DNA of 64,000 bases, taken from positions 1-64,000 of the IMG/VR virus record IMGVR_UViG_3300012662_000008, one strand, 5' to 3'. The notes beneath the pieces were generated by a model that was not told the DNA's origin, made no database searches, and was given only the letters and a program-made list of their open reading frames with translations. Every line of letters begins with the position of its first letter. The first letter of the stretch is position 1. Shown here one piece after another: positions 19,130-30,407 of this stretch. The position numbers and the translations under genes are program-made. The stretch is from a virus. Taxonomy: Duplodnaviria > Caudoviricetes.

Positions 19130-20306
19130 GTCAAACATTTTATTAACACGAGATTCAAAGGGAAAGATTAGACAGATAAATATTTCTTGTTATAAGTCCG
19201 GCAGTAGTTATGAAATAACACGCAAGTCCGGCATTGTTGGTGGTAAATTTGTCGACCACCCTAAAATTGTAATAGACAAAGGAAAAGTAAAACGAACACT
19301 GGAACAACAGGCAGAACTGGAGTATAATTCCAACGTAAAGAGTTATCTGGATAAGGGATATAAACTTTTCGACACAATGCCAGATGATATAGAAAAGGCA
19401 GTACCTAAAACAAAACAAGACCAACAAGGTGCAGTAAAACCGATGTTGGCCAAGTTAATTCAAAACGTTTCAAAAAGTGCTCTTAGTCGTGTAACTCATT
19501 GATACATAAGTAAAAAGATCGACGGAACGAGAAATCTCTTCTACTGGGATGGCACACAAGTACGTAGTGCGTCAAGAGGAGGTGGCAATTATGATTACGC
19601 TACAGCACATATAAGGAATCATCCTAAATTTATAGAGTTTTTTAGGCAACATCCTGATATACAGACAGATGGAGAACTCTTTGTTTTTGGAAAGAGCCTA
19701 CAAAATTTATCTGGGTGCGCAAGACTCGAAGATGGAGAATTGCCTTTTAAGTTGCAATATTATATTTATGATATTGTAGACACTGAAAAGACTTTTGAAG
19801 AAAGATATAAAATCCTACAAGAGATCCAAAAGGAACTCAATTTAGGGTTTGATCCAGAGAAAACCTTTGGAGATGATGAATTAATGGTACAGATGCTACC
19901 ACAAGTTAAAATCCCAAACGATGAAAAATTGATGTGGAAATTGCATGACCAGTATGTCTCTGAAGGCTGAGAGGGTGCTGTATTGCGAGATCCGAATAAA
20001 AAGTACAATCCAGGGGCCAGAGATATGATTAAGTTAAAATCTAGACTAGACTCTGAATTTAAGACAATTGGAATTGAACTAGGTTTACGTGGAATTGAAG
20101 ATATGGTTTTTGTTATGGAAACTGCTGATGGGAAGCAATTTAAGGCGAAACCAATGGGTTCTCGTGAAGTTAAAAATGATTTGTATGCCAATTTTGAAAG
20201 TCAGATAAAAGGTAGACCAGCAACCTGTACGTATTTTTATCTGTCTGACGATGGTGTACCACTCCAGCCAGTTTGAAAGGCTGTTCGTTTAGAAAAAGAT
20301 ATATAA
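19113..20306 (+). CDS. ATP-dependent DNA ligase, TGA-recoded
   Basis: KPMLA, H(W)YISKKIDGTR (motif I KxDG), DGEL, YIYDI, EG(W)EGAVLR, IKLK, GVPLQPV(W). TGA at 19500, 19968, 20274; TAA 20304-20306. Confidence 0.9.
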
Positions 20307-20746
20307 TGGAACTAGATTACAATGATTTAACAAAAGCTCCTAGAATAGCGAAAATAAAAGGCATATTCGACCAGGAAGACGGTGATTATAGAAGGAGAAT
20401 CAATTTTGATAGACCACCAATTTACAAACACAACTCTCAATTTATAGAAAACCTTTTTCCAAAAGGAGATGATGTTGTTTTTATTGGAGATGTTTGTACT
20501 GAAATTCGTTCCACTACTTGGGGAATGATTGATTGTTTTATCTCGTTGTTACCAGAACATTATGATGATGTTACATTAAAAGCTGGAGATCTTGTTGCGC
20601 CACTTATCCAGTGGGAAAATAAGTACGAAAGTAGAGAAATCGTAGAAATGATGCACGATTTACACAAGTTCTGTGATGAAATCCGCAGGCTTTATAATGT
20701 TGACAATGACGATGATGATATTTTGAGGAGTTTTGGTTTGAATTAA
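20306..20746 (+). CDS. Hypothetical protein
   Basis: TAATG-coupled ORF starting MELDYND. Confidence 0.7.
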   Translation: MELDYNDLTKAPRIAKIKGIFDQEDGDYRRRINFDRPPIYKHNSQFIENLFPKGDDVVFIGDVCTEIRSTTWGMIDCFISLLPEHYDDVTLKAGDLVAPLIQWENKYESREIVEMMHDLHKFCDEIRRLYNVDNDDDDILRSFGLN

Positions 20747-20988
20747 TGACACAAAAAACATATAGAAAAGTCCTGGATTTGGCAGTACAGATCCAGGACT
20801 CGTTTGATATTAATGGCCTTACTAGCAAAATAGAAAGTGATCCAATTTTAGAGGAAATTTATGCAAAATATTTTTATATGCTGAATTGTATATTTTCTGA
20901 TGAATTTGGATATGAAAAAGCGGCTGATATAGAACGCTTTATATTTGATGGTGAAGGTGATAAAAAATATATTTATAACATATGCTAG
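20746..20988 (+). CDS. Hypothetical protein
   Basis: 80-aa TAATG-coupled ORF. Confidence 0.6.
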   Translation: MTQKTYRKVLDLAVQIQDSFDINGLTSKIESDPILEEIYAKYFYMLNCIFSDEFGYEKAADIERFIFDGEGDKKYIYNIC

Positions 20989-22343
20989 CGTTAACAAAAG
21001 ACAAAAATGGCGATATTAATTATCTTGCCAAAATAGTTAATATTACACAGTGGCATCCACATCCCAACGCAGATAAAATGAAAATTGCTAGAGTTGGCGG
21101 ATATGAAATTTGTGTAGGGTTGAATGAGGCAGATGGATATTATATATATTTTCCTACTAATTGTAAGATTAACCCTAATTTATTGGGTTACTGTAACTTA
21201 TATAGGCATAGTGATAAAAATTCCAATCCAACAATTTCTGGCTTTTTTGAGGATAATGGACGTGTAAAAGCAATAAAATTACGTGGAGTAGTTTCTGATG
21301 GATTTCTTTTGCCGTTTGATGCATTTGCTGCTTTCTTGCAGGATAATATAAACGAAACAATTGAACCACTTGATAATATTGAGTTCGATACTGTTGAAAA
21401 GGATAAAAAGTCTTTTTGGATCTGTAAGAAATATGTAGTTGAAAGAAAATTTTCAGAACGAAACAATTATCATCTACGTAAGAAAGTTAAGAAATACAAT
21501 AAAATACTCGATACACAGTTTAAGTTCCATTACGAGACAATTACGGTAAAGAAGGAACCATGGTTTATACAGCCAACTGATTTAATATCAATTACTTCCA
21601 AAATTCACGGCACAAGTATTGGATCTGCATATCTTCTCTGTAAGAAAGAGCGTAATTTCTTCCAGAGAATATATGATCGCCTAACTCACAATGAACCAGT
21701 ATTTTACGATTATATATATCACTCTAGAAAGGTTATTAAAAATGCCAATTATAACGCACATCTAAATAGCGGTTATTATGATTGTGATGTTTGGGCAGAG
21801 GCTGATAAAATCTTACGACCACATCTTATTAAAGGCATGCACATATATGCAGAAATCGTAGGTTTCCTACCAAACGGTGGTTTTATACAGAATGGTTATG
21901 ATTATGGATGCGTGCCACCTAAAGGGGGCGAGGAATATACTCATGAAAAGCATTTTAAAGTACGAGTTTATCGAATAACCATAACAAATGTTGATGGAAT
22001 AGCTCACGAATTTTCTGCTAGAGAGGTACAACAATGGTGTCATAACAATGGATTAACACCGGTAACTGAATTTTATTATGGTCTTGCCGGCAATCTATAC
22101 GGCTGGGATAAAGGTGACTATGAAACTTGGAATGATATGTTCTGGGATAAAATGGCCAATGATAAATCTTTCTATATGGAAGCAAATTCACCTGATTGTA
22201 ACAACCCAGTACCACAGGAGGGAGTTGTTATAAAGAAAGAAGATATGATTGCAAGAGCCTGGAAGTTAAAGAGCTACGCTTTCCTCGGAAAATCACAAGC
22301 AGATCTTGATAAAGGCGTTGAAAATATAGAAGATGAAAACTAG
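20982..22343 (+). CDS. RNA ligase (DRB0094/Rnl5-like, N-terminal OB domain)
   Basis: HPNADKM, VKAIKLRGVVSDG, ITSKIHGTS (motif I), IYAEIVG, EGVVIK, KLKS. Confidence 0.82.
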   Translation: MLALTKDKNGDINYLAKIVNITQWHPHPNADKMKIARVGGYEICVGLNEADGYYIYFPTNCKINPNLLGYCNLYRHSDKNSNPTISGFFEDNGRVKAIKLRGVVSDGFLLPFDAFAAFLQDNINETIEPLDNIEFDTVEKDKKSFWICKKYVVERKFSERNNYHLRKKVKKYNKILDTQFKFHYETITVKKEPWFIQPTDLISITSKIHGTSIGSAYLLCKKERNFFQRIYDRLTHNEPVFYDYIYHSRKVIKNANYNAHLNSGYYDCDVWAEADKILRPHLIKGMHIYAEIVGFLPNGGFIQNGYDYGCVPPKGGEEYTHEKHFKVRVYRITITNVDGIAHEFSAREVQQWCHNNGLTPVTEFYYGLAGNLYGWDKGDYETWNDMFWDKMANDKSFYMEANSPDCNNPVPQEGVVIKKEDMIARAWKLKSYAFLGKSQADLDKGVENIEDEN

Positions 22344-22941
22344 CGAAGTTATCACAAAATTAAAAGACAATAAAGATATTTTATATATCTATTGACTCCC
22401 TCGTAGTTTATATGGAATAGAGCCCGATAAAGATTATTATCTTTTTATTGTTACTGAGGATTTTAAAAGACCAGAAGAACTCTTAAATACTGATTTTAAT
22501 TATAGTGTGATTAACATAAATGATTGGTTTTTGAGAGTTATGAATGGTGATATACTCGCTTGGGAATGTGCTTGCTTGAATAAAAAGTACGTTATTAAAG
22601 AGCACGTAAAACTCCTTATGAAGACCGATCTTTTGCAATTGAGGCAATGTGTTGATATACAGTTAGATAAAATTGGTGAAACAGAATTTCCGTCTGAAAA
22701 ACAGCAATCCTTAAAAGCGATTAAATATTGCATTTTCGCAAACCAAATTATAGAAAACCATAAAATCGTCAATTATAACGTGCTTGGCCACGCACATAAT
22801 GCGCTTAGTAGAGCCAATTATGATAATATTAAAAAGGTTTTTTATGATTATTTCAATCCAGAGTACAATCTTTTAAAGAAACGTACTGATGAGATTTTAT
22901 ACAAGTACAAGCTAAATAAAATAGCTAAAAATGAAGGATAA
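22333..22941 (+). CDS. Hypothetical protein, possibly a degenerate nucleotidyltransferase-like fold
   Basis: ATG22333 joins track ORF 22507-22941 across TGA 22393. ILYIYWLPRSLYG loosely resembles the GSxxYG motif. Confidence 0.6.
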
Positions 22942-24160
22942 ATTAATAGAAAATCTTATAGAAGACGAAACTCGGAGGCAATTAAATGGCATAGAATTAA
23001 TTGCCTCTGAAAATTATGTTTCAGATGATATATATGAAGCACTGGGATCTGTCTGCACAAATAAATATGCTGAGGGATATCCTGGGCATAGATATTATGG
23101 CGGTTGCGGAGTTATAGACCAAATCGAGCAATTAGCAATAGATAGAGCATGCAAACTTTTTAATTGCTCTTACGCAAATGTGCAACCACACTCTGGCAGT
23201 CAAGCAAATAGAGCAGTTACTGAAGCTGTGTTAAGTCCAGGCGATACTGTACTTGCACTAGATCTTAATTGTGGTGGGCATCTAACGCATTCATCTCCAG
23301 TTAGTTACATAGGAAAGTATTATAACGTTGAAACCTACGGTTCTACGAAAAACGGGATTGTCGATTATGATGAACTTATTGATAAAGCACGCAAAATAAA
23401 GCCAAAAATGATTATTGCTGGTGCATCTGCTTACTCACGAGAGTGGGGTTACGAAGCGCTTTTGGAAGCCAAAAAACAATCTGAAGCAATATTGATGTTT
23501 GATATGGCACATACTGCTGGCTTAATTGCTGCTGGCCTTTTGATAAATCCGTGCAAATATGCTGATATAGTTACCTCCACAACACACAAGACTCTACGAG
23601 GCCCTCGTGGTGGAATTATTTTGATGCGAGAAGATTTCGAATATGAAGGAAAACTTATGAGCAAACGAATTAACTCGTCTGTTTTTCCTGGGAATCAAGG
23701 TGGTCCGCTCGAAAACACAATTGCCGCAAAAGCCGTTTGTTTCGGAGAAGCACTTTCTCCAGAGTTTGTTGAATACCAAAAACAAGTAGTTAAAAATGCA
23801 AAAAATCTAGCGCAATCACTGCAAGATTTTGGTTTTCACATAATTACAGGAGGGACCGACAATCACAGTTTTCTGATTGATCTGCGCACAAAATATCCTG
23901 ATATGACTGGGAAAGACGCTGAAACAATACTTGGACAATGTGATATAACAGTTAATAAAAATATGATTCCAGGAGACACTAGATCACCTTTTAAGACATC
24001 TGGTCTCAGATTGGGTACTCCTGCAATAACTACTCGGGGAATGAAAGATATGGAGTTAATTGCTCGTTTTATAAATAGGGCTCTTTCTGGAGAAAACCCT
24101 CAAAATATAAAAAACGAAGTTAACTATTTTGCAAATCAATATAAATTATACGCATGGTAA
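22931..24160 (+). CDS. glyA: Serine hydroxymethyltransferase
   Basis: [45 protein letters not shown] (PLP lysine), SGLRLGTPA. Confidence 0.97.
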   Translation: MKDKLIENLIEDETRRQLNGIELIASENYVSDDIYEALGSVCTNKYAEGYPGHRYYGGCGVIDQIEQLAIDRACKLFNCSYANVQPHSGSQANRAVTEAVLSPGDTVLALDLNCGGHLTHSSPVSYIGKYYNVETYGSTKNGIVDYDELIDKARKIKPKMIIAGASAYSREWGYEALLEAKKQSEAILMFDMAHTAGLIAAGLLINPCKYADIVTSTTHKTLRGPRGGIILMREDFEYEGKLMSKRINSSVFPGNQGGPLENTIAAKAVCFGEALSPEFVEYQKQVVKNAKNLAQSLQDFGFHIITGGTDNHSFLIDLRTKYPDMTGKDAETILGQCDITVNKNMIPGDTRSPFKTSGLRLGTPAITTRGMKDMELIARFINRALSGENPQNIKNEVNYFANQYKLYAW

Positions 24161-24414
24161 ATAAAGTTCTGAAGCTAGGTGCAGAGTGGTGCGCACCTTG
24201 TAGAGCACTTTCTGAGATGCTTAAGCAAGTAACAGACGTTCCAATCGAAGAATTGGACGTAGATGAAAATGAAGAAATCTGCGAGAAATATAAAATACGC
24301 AATATACCGGTACTACTCTTTCTTAACGAGAAAGACGAAGAACTCGGTAGAACCGTTGGAAATATTTCTCTAGAAACATTTTATAACAAGATAAAAGAAC
24401 TCAATGAAAAGTAA
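24154..24414 (+). CDS. trxA: Thioredoxin
   Basis: WCAPC active site and IRNIP cis-Pro loop. Confidence 0.9.
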   Translation: MVNKVLKLGAEWCAPCRALSEMLKQVTDVPIEELDVDENEEICEKYKIRNIPVLLFLNEKDEELGRTVGNISLETFYNKIKELNEK

Positions 24415-24568
24415 ATTTCAATTTCGAGTTAAAAGAACTGGAATAGAGCATATTTTAACAATAGAGGCCGAAGATAAGTTCAAGGCGATGAATACGCTCG
24501 ACGCAATGTACCCACGCGAAGATGGATACTCACACTCACTTATTTTTAACGATGAAGTTTGTGGATAG
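24404..24568 (+). CDS. Small hypothetical protein (54 aa)
   Basis: [24 protein letters not shown]… bridges trxA and thyX. Confidence 0.5.
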   Translation: MKSKFQFRVKRTGIEHILTIEAEDKFKAMNTLDAMYPREDGYSHSLIFNDEVCG

Positions 24569-25739
24569 TAGTGTTTCCCTAGTCGAAACACATACCTCGT
24601 TAAAGGGCGTTTACGAGGACATAGAGAGGGCCGGACGCTATAGTTATCAGAGTACTGGGACAAGATATTTTTGCGTTCCAGATGACCTTAAAAACGCGAA
24701 TACGCAGGAGTTGATTAACAAACTAAAAGACGATCCACAAGTAGTTATAAAACAAGGTGCCTTTTTCGACCATTGTTATTATGTGTCGATCCCAAATGCA
24801 CTAGTTGTTTTTTATCCAGAACTTACTAGTTGTGCAGAGGAGGAAACCCTTGAAACCTGCCCTTATTACGAGAATGTTACGGCAGAAAAGTTTGTGGAAA
24901 AACTTAAAAATGCAGGACATCTTACTCCAACTGAGTTTGGTTGTGTTTATCTTACAATTGCTATTCCTTTTGGAAAGTACGATAAAAGGCAAACAATTGC
25001 AGAGAAATATCTCGAAAATCCTTACTCTAGAGTATCTATAAAGACTTTTGGTGTATATAACTATGCACCACTATATTGGAGAGAAATTGTTAAGAAACAG
25101 GGTCCAACTACTTTTTATTGCATAACTACAAATATGCGAGTTTTGATTGAAAATAACTGGCTTGAAGATCTCTGTTATCTGGATGAGCCTAGTGATTTCC
25201 ATGAAAAACGAGCTACTGTTGTAACTAATTGTAGCATAGGGATTTCCAGGGAGTGGAATCGTTCAAGAACTCTAGGCATAGTAGAAATGAGCTCCCGCTA
25301 CTGCAATTTCTCGAAAGACAAGTTTGGAAACGAACTGACTTTTATTGTACCTGAGTGGGCATATAAATTACGTGATGAACTAGCAGAATATGCTGGACCC
25401 GATGGGCTTAGAGATGAAGATCTTGCAAACGCAAAAGGAAATAGTCTTATACGTTATTTAACTTGCAAAGATCGTAGTGTTGCTGCTTATTGGGATTGCC
25501 TTGCAAATATAGAAAAGGATTATATGTACCTCACTACTACAGAGGAGGGGCATAAAATGAAGCCACAGGAAGCACGTGGTATATTGCCACTTGATCTACA
25601 AACAAAAGTTATATATACCGGTTTTATTTCTGATTGGATGCACTTTTTTGAACTTAGAACAGCGAAGGGAGCGCACCCAGATATACAAAAATTGGCAATT
25701 GACTTAAAGAACCAGTTTGAAGCAAAAGAACTGATATAA
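24552..25739 (+). CDS. thyX: Flavin-dependent thymidylate synthase with insertions
   Basis: IERAGR, GHLTPTEF, SREWNRSR…EMSSRYCNFS, PQEARGILP, WMHFFELR…AHPDI. Confidence 0.88.
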   Translation: MKFVDSSVSLVETHTSLKGVYEDIERAGRYSYQSTGTRYFCVPDDLKNANTQELINKLKDDPQVVIKQGAFFDHCYYVSIPNALVVFYPELTSCAEEETLETCPYYENVTAEKFVEKLKNAGHLTPTEFGCVYLTIAIPFGKYDKRQTIAEKYLENPYSRVSIKTFGVYNYAPLYWREIVKKQGPTTFYCITTNMRVLIENNWLEDLCYLDEPSDFHEKRATVVTNCSIGISREWNRSRTLGIVEMSSRYCNFSKDKFGNELTFIVPEWAYKLRDELAEYAGPDGLRDEDLANAKGNSLIRYLTCKDRSVAAYWDCLANIEKDYMYLTTTEEGHKMKPQEARGILPLDLQTKVIYTGFISDWMHFFELRTAKGAHPDIQKLAIDLKNQFEAKELI

Positions 25740-25939
25740 TGAAATATATAGTTACATATAGTCGTTTTGATAACGAGTTGAACGTCCCGGAGAATGCAAC
25801 CCGGGACGTTTTGTTACAGGCATATTTTGCTGCAAATGGCGGTGTTAATGCGGTTGCCAATCACTTTTTTAAATATATGAATATAGTACCAGATTTTACA
25901 GAAGAAGCACAAATAGTAGAGTCTGAGAAGAAAGATTAA
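25739..25939 (+). CDS. Small hypothetical protein
   Basis: 66-aa TAATG-coupled ORF. Confidence 0.6.
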   Translation: MKYIVTYSRFDNELNVPENATRDVLLQAYFAANGGVNAVANHFFKYMNIVPDFTEEAQIVESEKKD

Positions 25940-25944
25940 TAAAA

Positions 25945-27117
25945 ATGACACTTGACAAATGTGTAAAATCCCTCATCGTTAAGGAACCTTTTTATGGGTT
26001 GTTTTTGCTTGGGTTGAATAGATATTTCACCGATGAAGTACCTACGGCAGCCGTTGGAATAAATGGCATAAATTGTGAATTGGTGATTAACGAGGAATTT
26101 TGGAATGGACTTTCCGATGAAGAACAAACTGGAGTACTAATGCACGAAATTTCCCATCTGCTTTATAATCACCTACTTATGGGAAAGGACTTCACAGATA
26201 AACAAAGGTTTAACTTGAGTTGTGATTGCGAAGTGAACGGAAATATCCCAGTACTACAAAAAGACCCTTATGTATGGCCTGCTAGGTTTGGTTTCCAAAA
26301 TAATATGGGTTCCAAATTTTATTATGAAAATCTCCCAGAACCAGAAGATGATGGAGAGAATGACAAAAGTGGTATTGGCAATGGGTCTAGAGGAAATAAA
26401 AGTAAAAAAGGAAAAGGAAAGCAAAAAACAATCGACGATCATTCTACTTGGAAAAAAGCAGACGATCTTTCAGAGGCAGAAAAACAACTAGTTAAAAACC
26501 AAATTGATACACTTGCAAAGAACACAGCAGAGCAAGTGATGAAACAGTGTGGAAACATACCGGGACAGTTTAAAGAATATATAGATAGTCTTTTTGTAGT
26601 AAAGCCGCAGATTTTTAATTGGAAAGCATATTTCAGAAGAGTTATCGGTAATATGATAACATCTGAAATACTTTTAACTAAAATGCGCCCTAGTAGGAGA
26701 TTTCCTGATGCTAAGGGCATTAAAATGAAAAGAAAGCCTAGTGTACTAGTTGGAGTAGATACATCAGGCAGTGTGTCTAACAATGAATTGCTAGATTTCT
26801 TTTCCGAAATAAACCACTTGTGGAAAAGTGGAGTAAAAGTAACAATAGCCGAAATTGATACACGGATCAATAGAATATACGAATATAAAGGTCATTTTGA
26901 CGGTGAAATAAATGGTCGTGGAGGAACTTCATTCGAGGAGTTGTGGGCGTACAAAGATGAGCATAAAAAAGATTTCTCTACACTCGTAATGTTCACTGAT
27001 GGTTTTGTTGATATTAATAACTTAAACGGACGTAATGTTGTCTGGGTTTTAACGTCCAATCACGCAGATCAAGAATACCCAGGCGTTGTAATAGAAATAC
27101 CAAAAGAAAATAAATAA
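25945..27117 (+). CDS. Putative metallopeptidase (HExxH) + VWA-like domain protein (DUF2201-like)
   Basis: LMHEISHL, VGVDTSGSV (MIDAS), GRGGTSF, FTDG. Confidence 0.85.
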   Translation: MTLDKCVKSLIVKEPFYGLFLLGLNRYFTDEVPTAAVGINGINCELVINEEFWNGLSDEEQTGVLMHEISHLLYNHLLMGKDFTDKQRFNLSCDCEVNGNIPVLQKDPYVWPARFGFQNNMGSKFYYENLPEPEDDGENDKSGIGNGSRGNKSKKGKGKQKTIDDHSTWKKADDLSEAEKQLVKNQIDTLAKNTAEQVMKQCGNIPGQFKEYIDSLFVVKPQIFNWKAYFRRVIGNMITSEILLTKMRPSRRFPDAKGIKMKRKPSVLVGVDTSGSVSNNELLDFFSEINHLWKSGVKVTIAEIDTRINRIYEYKGHFDGEINGRGGTSFEELWAYKDEHKKDFSTLVMFTDGFVDINNLNGRNVVWVLTSNHADQEYPGVVIEIPKENK

Positions 27118-27118
27118 G

Positions 27119-28345
27119 ATGGAATTAACACTAGATGAAGCAAAAGACGTTTTGCGTTATATAATTAAGAATAATAGAGCACTCCAAGAAAAAGGACAAT
27201 CTCCTGTTTCAATTTCGTTATGTGGAGCTGCCGGGATAGGTAAAAGTCAAGTTTGTGAACAAATAGCACAAGAAATTGACTCTAATTATATACGTTTGAA
27301 TCTCAGTCAATTGACAGACCCGTCAGAAATTGTTGGCTGGCCATATCAGGAATATCACGTTTGCCGTGGTGATGAGTGCGATTGGATCAGTGCAAAACTT
27401 ATCGACGCTTATACGGCAAACGGATGGACAATTACCCCAGAAACCAGGATGTCTTATGCTGTGCCAGCGTGGATTGAAGGATTGGATCTTAATAAACCGA
27501 CGATACTTTTGTTAGATGATTATAACCGTACAAGCCAAGCTATTATGCAGGCAGTTATGGAAATTATCTGTCGTCAGGAGTATATTTCATGGAAATTACC
27601 GCCAAACTCTACCATTATTTTAACAGAAAATCCAGATGATGGAAATTATGATACAAACGGCTATGATGAGGCTTTCGCGACAAGATTTATGCGTTTTAAT
27701 GTAAAATTTGATGTTAATAGTTGGGCGAGATATGCAGAAAACGCCAGACTTGATGATCGAGCTCAAAATTTTATGCTTGCCTACTCAAGCGAAATAATGA
27801 AAGAAAACGCACAACATAGACATCCAGTTAATGCTAGAAACTACACGATGTTTGCAAACACTATTTCGGGAATTGAAAATTGGGAAGACCCAAAAAGTCT
27901 TGCTCTTATTTTGCAAATTGCATCTGGTGCATTCCTAGATGATAAAGACAACACAATTGGAACTCTTTTCACCAATTTTATTGCAAATAAACTTGATAAA
28001 CTTATTTCTCCAGAAGAACTCTTAACAGGAGACTGGAAGAAAGTTGCGCCTAAAATCGAGAAATGTGTATATGATGACAACGGTAATTATAAACCATTGG
28101 TAGCTAGTATTTTACACACCAGACTTCTTAACTACTCCATGTATTATTTCGAGCAGAAAGGAGCAAAAACAGATGTTGTAGAACAGCGTCTTATTGATCT
28201 TATTGACACAAATGATGACCCAGATAAGAAAATGCTCTTTTCTGAGGATTTCTTGTTTGATATTATTAAACAACTCGTAGGCAAATATAAAGCAAGAACT
28301 AACAAACTTTTGTTAAATGCTAAAATTAGAAATAAAATATTGTAA
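27119..28345 (+). CDS. MoxR-like AAA+ ATPase, partner of the VWA protein
   Basis: GAAGIGKS, LLLDDYNR, TENP, DEAFATRF. Confidence 0.85.
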   Translation: MELTLDEAKDVLRYIIKNNRALQEKGQSPVSISLCGAAGIGKSQVCEQIAQEIDSNYIRLNLSQLTDPSEIVGWPYQEYHVCRGDECDWISAKLIDAYTANGWTITPETRMSYAVPAWIEGLDLNKPTILLLDDYNRTSQAIMQAVMEIICRQEYISWKLPPNSTIILTENPDDGNYDTNGYDEAFATRFMRFNVKFDVNSWARYAENARLDDRAQNFMLAYSSEIMKENAQHRHPVNARNYTMFANTISGIENWEDPKSLALILQIASGAFLDDKDNTIGTLFTNFIANKLDKLISPEELLTGDWKKVAPKIEKCVYDDNGNYKPLVASILHTRLLNYSMYYFEQKGAKTDVVEQRLIDLIDTNDDPDKKMLFSEDFLFDIIKQLVGKYKARTNKLLLNAKIRNKIL

Positions 28346-29370
28346 TGGATATTTTTTTATTAAACAAACCAGTTTATACTTTTTATAGTTATTGTGATTT
28401 TGACGCAGTTGTTCATGATCCTAGTCATCGTAGTATTACTTGAAGATATAATTGCAATAAATTAATAGCATCAGACGCTACACTCACGGAATTAACAGCA
28501 AAAATTAATGAAAAAATAAACACAGTGTCACCGAAAGATGGCGCTGTGTTTTTGTTTGATAAGTCATCAAAATTTCCACGTTTTAAATTGGCAGAAACTA
28601 GCTATAAAAGATGCATTAAAAAAGAAAAAGCTGATTTTATAGTTATTAAGGATTTTGCTATAGAAAATCAATTTTTTAGCAAAATAATTGAAACTGAGGA
28701 TAAATATTACTTATTTCAAAGTCATGCCTATTTTTCTGGAAATTATTGGAATAAATACAGAAAAGAATATGCAAATCTTGATAATTTTATCAAGAAATAT
28801 AAAGATGCACTATTTTCTTCTGAAATTATAAATAGTTATAATTATAATGTATTTCACACAAGTACTCCAGATCTGCTAATTGATGTATTAAATGGTAAAA
28901 CAACCAATATTATAACTGATCAACAATTAGACAAACTTATTACTGGAGGTCTTGATGCAATCAATTATAATATTTTCCACCAGATAAAGGCACTTATTGA
29001 GTCTTCTGATAAAGACAGTATTGGTCTAGGCATTAGATTGTTGAGCAATTATAACATGGAACCAATGCAGGCTTCTGTTAATATGTTATTGGGACTTAAT
29101 TATAATCGTATTAAAATGCTTCCTGAGTGGCAATCAACTGCTACAAAACAATTTCGCAAAAACACCGATATAAGGCAAACTAATTTTTATTCAATTGGTT
29201 GTATTTCAAATTACACAAAACAGAAAAAGCACAGTGATGATGATGCTAAATGTTGCGAAGAAATGTTCCAAGATTTCGTACTAAAGTGGACTAAATCTAC
29301 TCAAACAGCAGTGAATCAAATAATTAACGATTCTGATTTTAAATCAACTTTTAAAATAACTTTTGAATAA
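28345..29370 (+). CDS. Hypothetical protein, paralog A
   Basis: ATG28345, single TGA at 28441, in frame with track ORF 28525-29370. Confidence 0.75.
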
Positions 29371-30407
29371 TGCCAATTTTATTAAAAGACAAACCAATAT
29401 ATGAAATTAGAGGCGTTTATTGGGATGTAATGGAACCGGAGTGCATTAAAGACCATTCGTATTGGGATAGTTTCTGAAGTGATTTTCATGCAAACTGCAT
29501 TGTAAATCCTATTTCAAATAACGACTACTGCAATAAGATAAAAAATGCAACAACAAAAGAATTAAAAGAGGGGTCAAAATTATATTTTAGTAAAAATTCA
29601 AAATTTCCAAGGTTTAAAATCAAGGACACCTCTTTTAAAAGGGTTATTAAAATTGATAAATCTGATTGTGTTGTTATACATGAATCGCCTATTAATTTTT
29701 ATATTGAACATCGTTACATATTAGAAGGTGAAGAGTGTTATTATGTTGTTCAAGGAGCTCTTCCATGTCAACATCGTACCTCTTCACGTTACGGTGACGA
29801 ATATGCACAAGATTGGTACGGGTTTTTAAAGAGGCGTCCATTTATTTTTAAAGAAAATGCTACACCAAAAATATTATACGAAGATGTTACGATATGTTAC
29901 CCTCAAGGAGACTTAGTATATAATATTATGACTGATCAAATAAATGCAATAATTACAGACACGGATCTTGATACAATTGTTTCAAAAAGTCTCAACAAAT
30001 TAAATAAAGACGATTTTTTCTCTATAAGAGACTTGCTTAAATCTCCAGATAAAAGTTCTGTTGGACTAGGATTAAGACTTCTTACAGGATATGATATTTC
30101 GGATGTAAAAACAGCAGTAAAAGTCTTGTTACAATCTACTTATTATGCATGTTCTTATACACCAGAGTGGAACTCCGTTGCAGTAAAACAACTACGAGAT
30201 AAATATATATTGTCTCCAGTTGGCACATCTATTTCATCAATTAGAACATATCTTATGTACTCTCCACAAAGTGATCTAGATAAGGAGTTGTGTGGAATTA
30301 TGTTAAAAGATTGCATAGAGGGAGCTTTTAAAGATGCGTCTAGAGCTCTCGAAGAAACAATTAACAGAAGTGATTATGATATAAAAATATCTGTAAATGT
30401 TGAATAA
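29370..30407 (+). CDS. Hypothetical protein, paralog B
   Basis: ATG29370, single TGA at 29475, in frame with track ORF 29928-30407. Shares SKFPRFK, GLGxRLL and PEWxS with paralog A. Confidence 0.75.
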
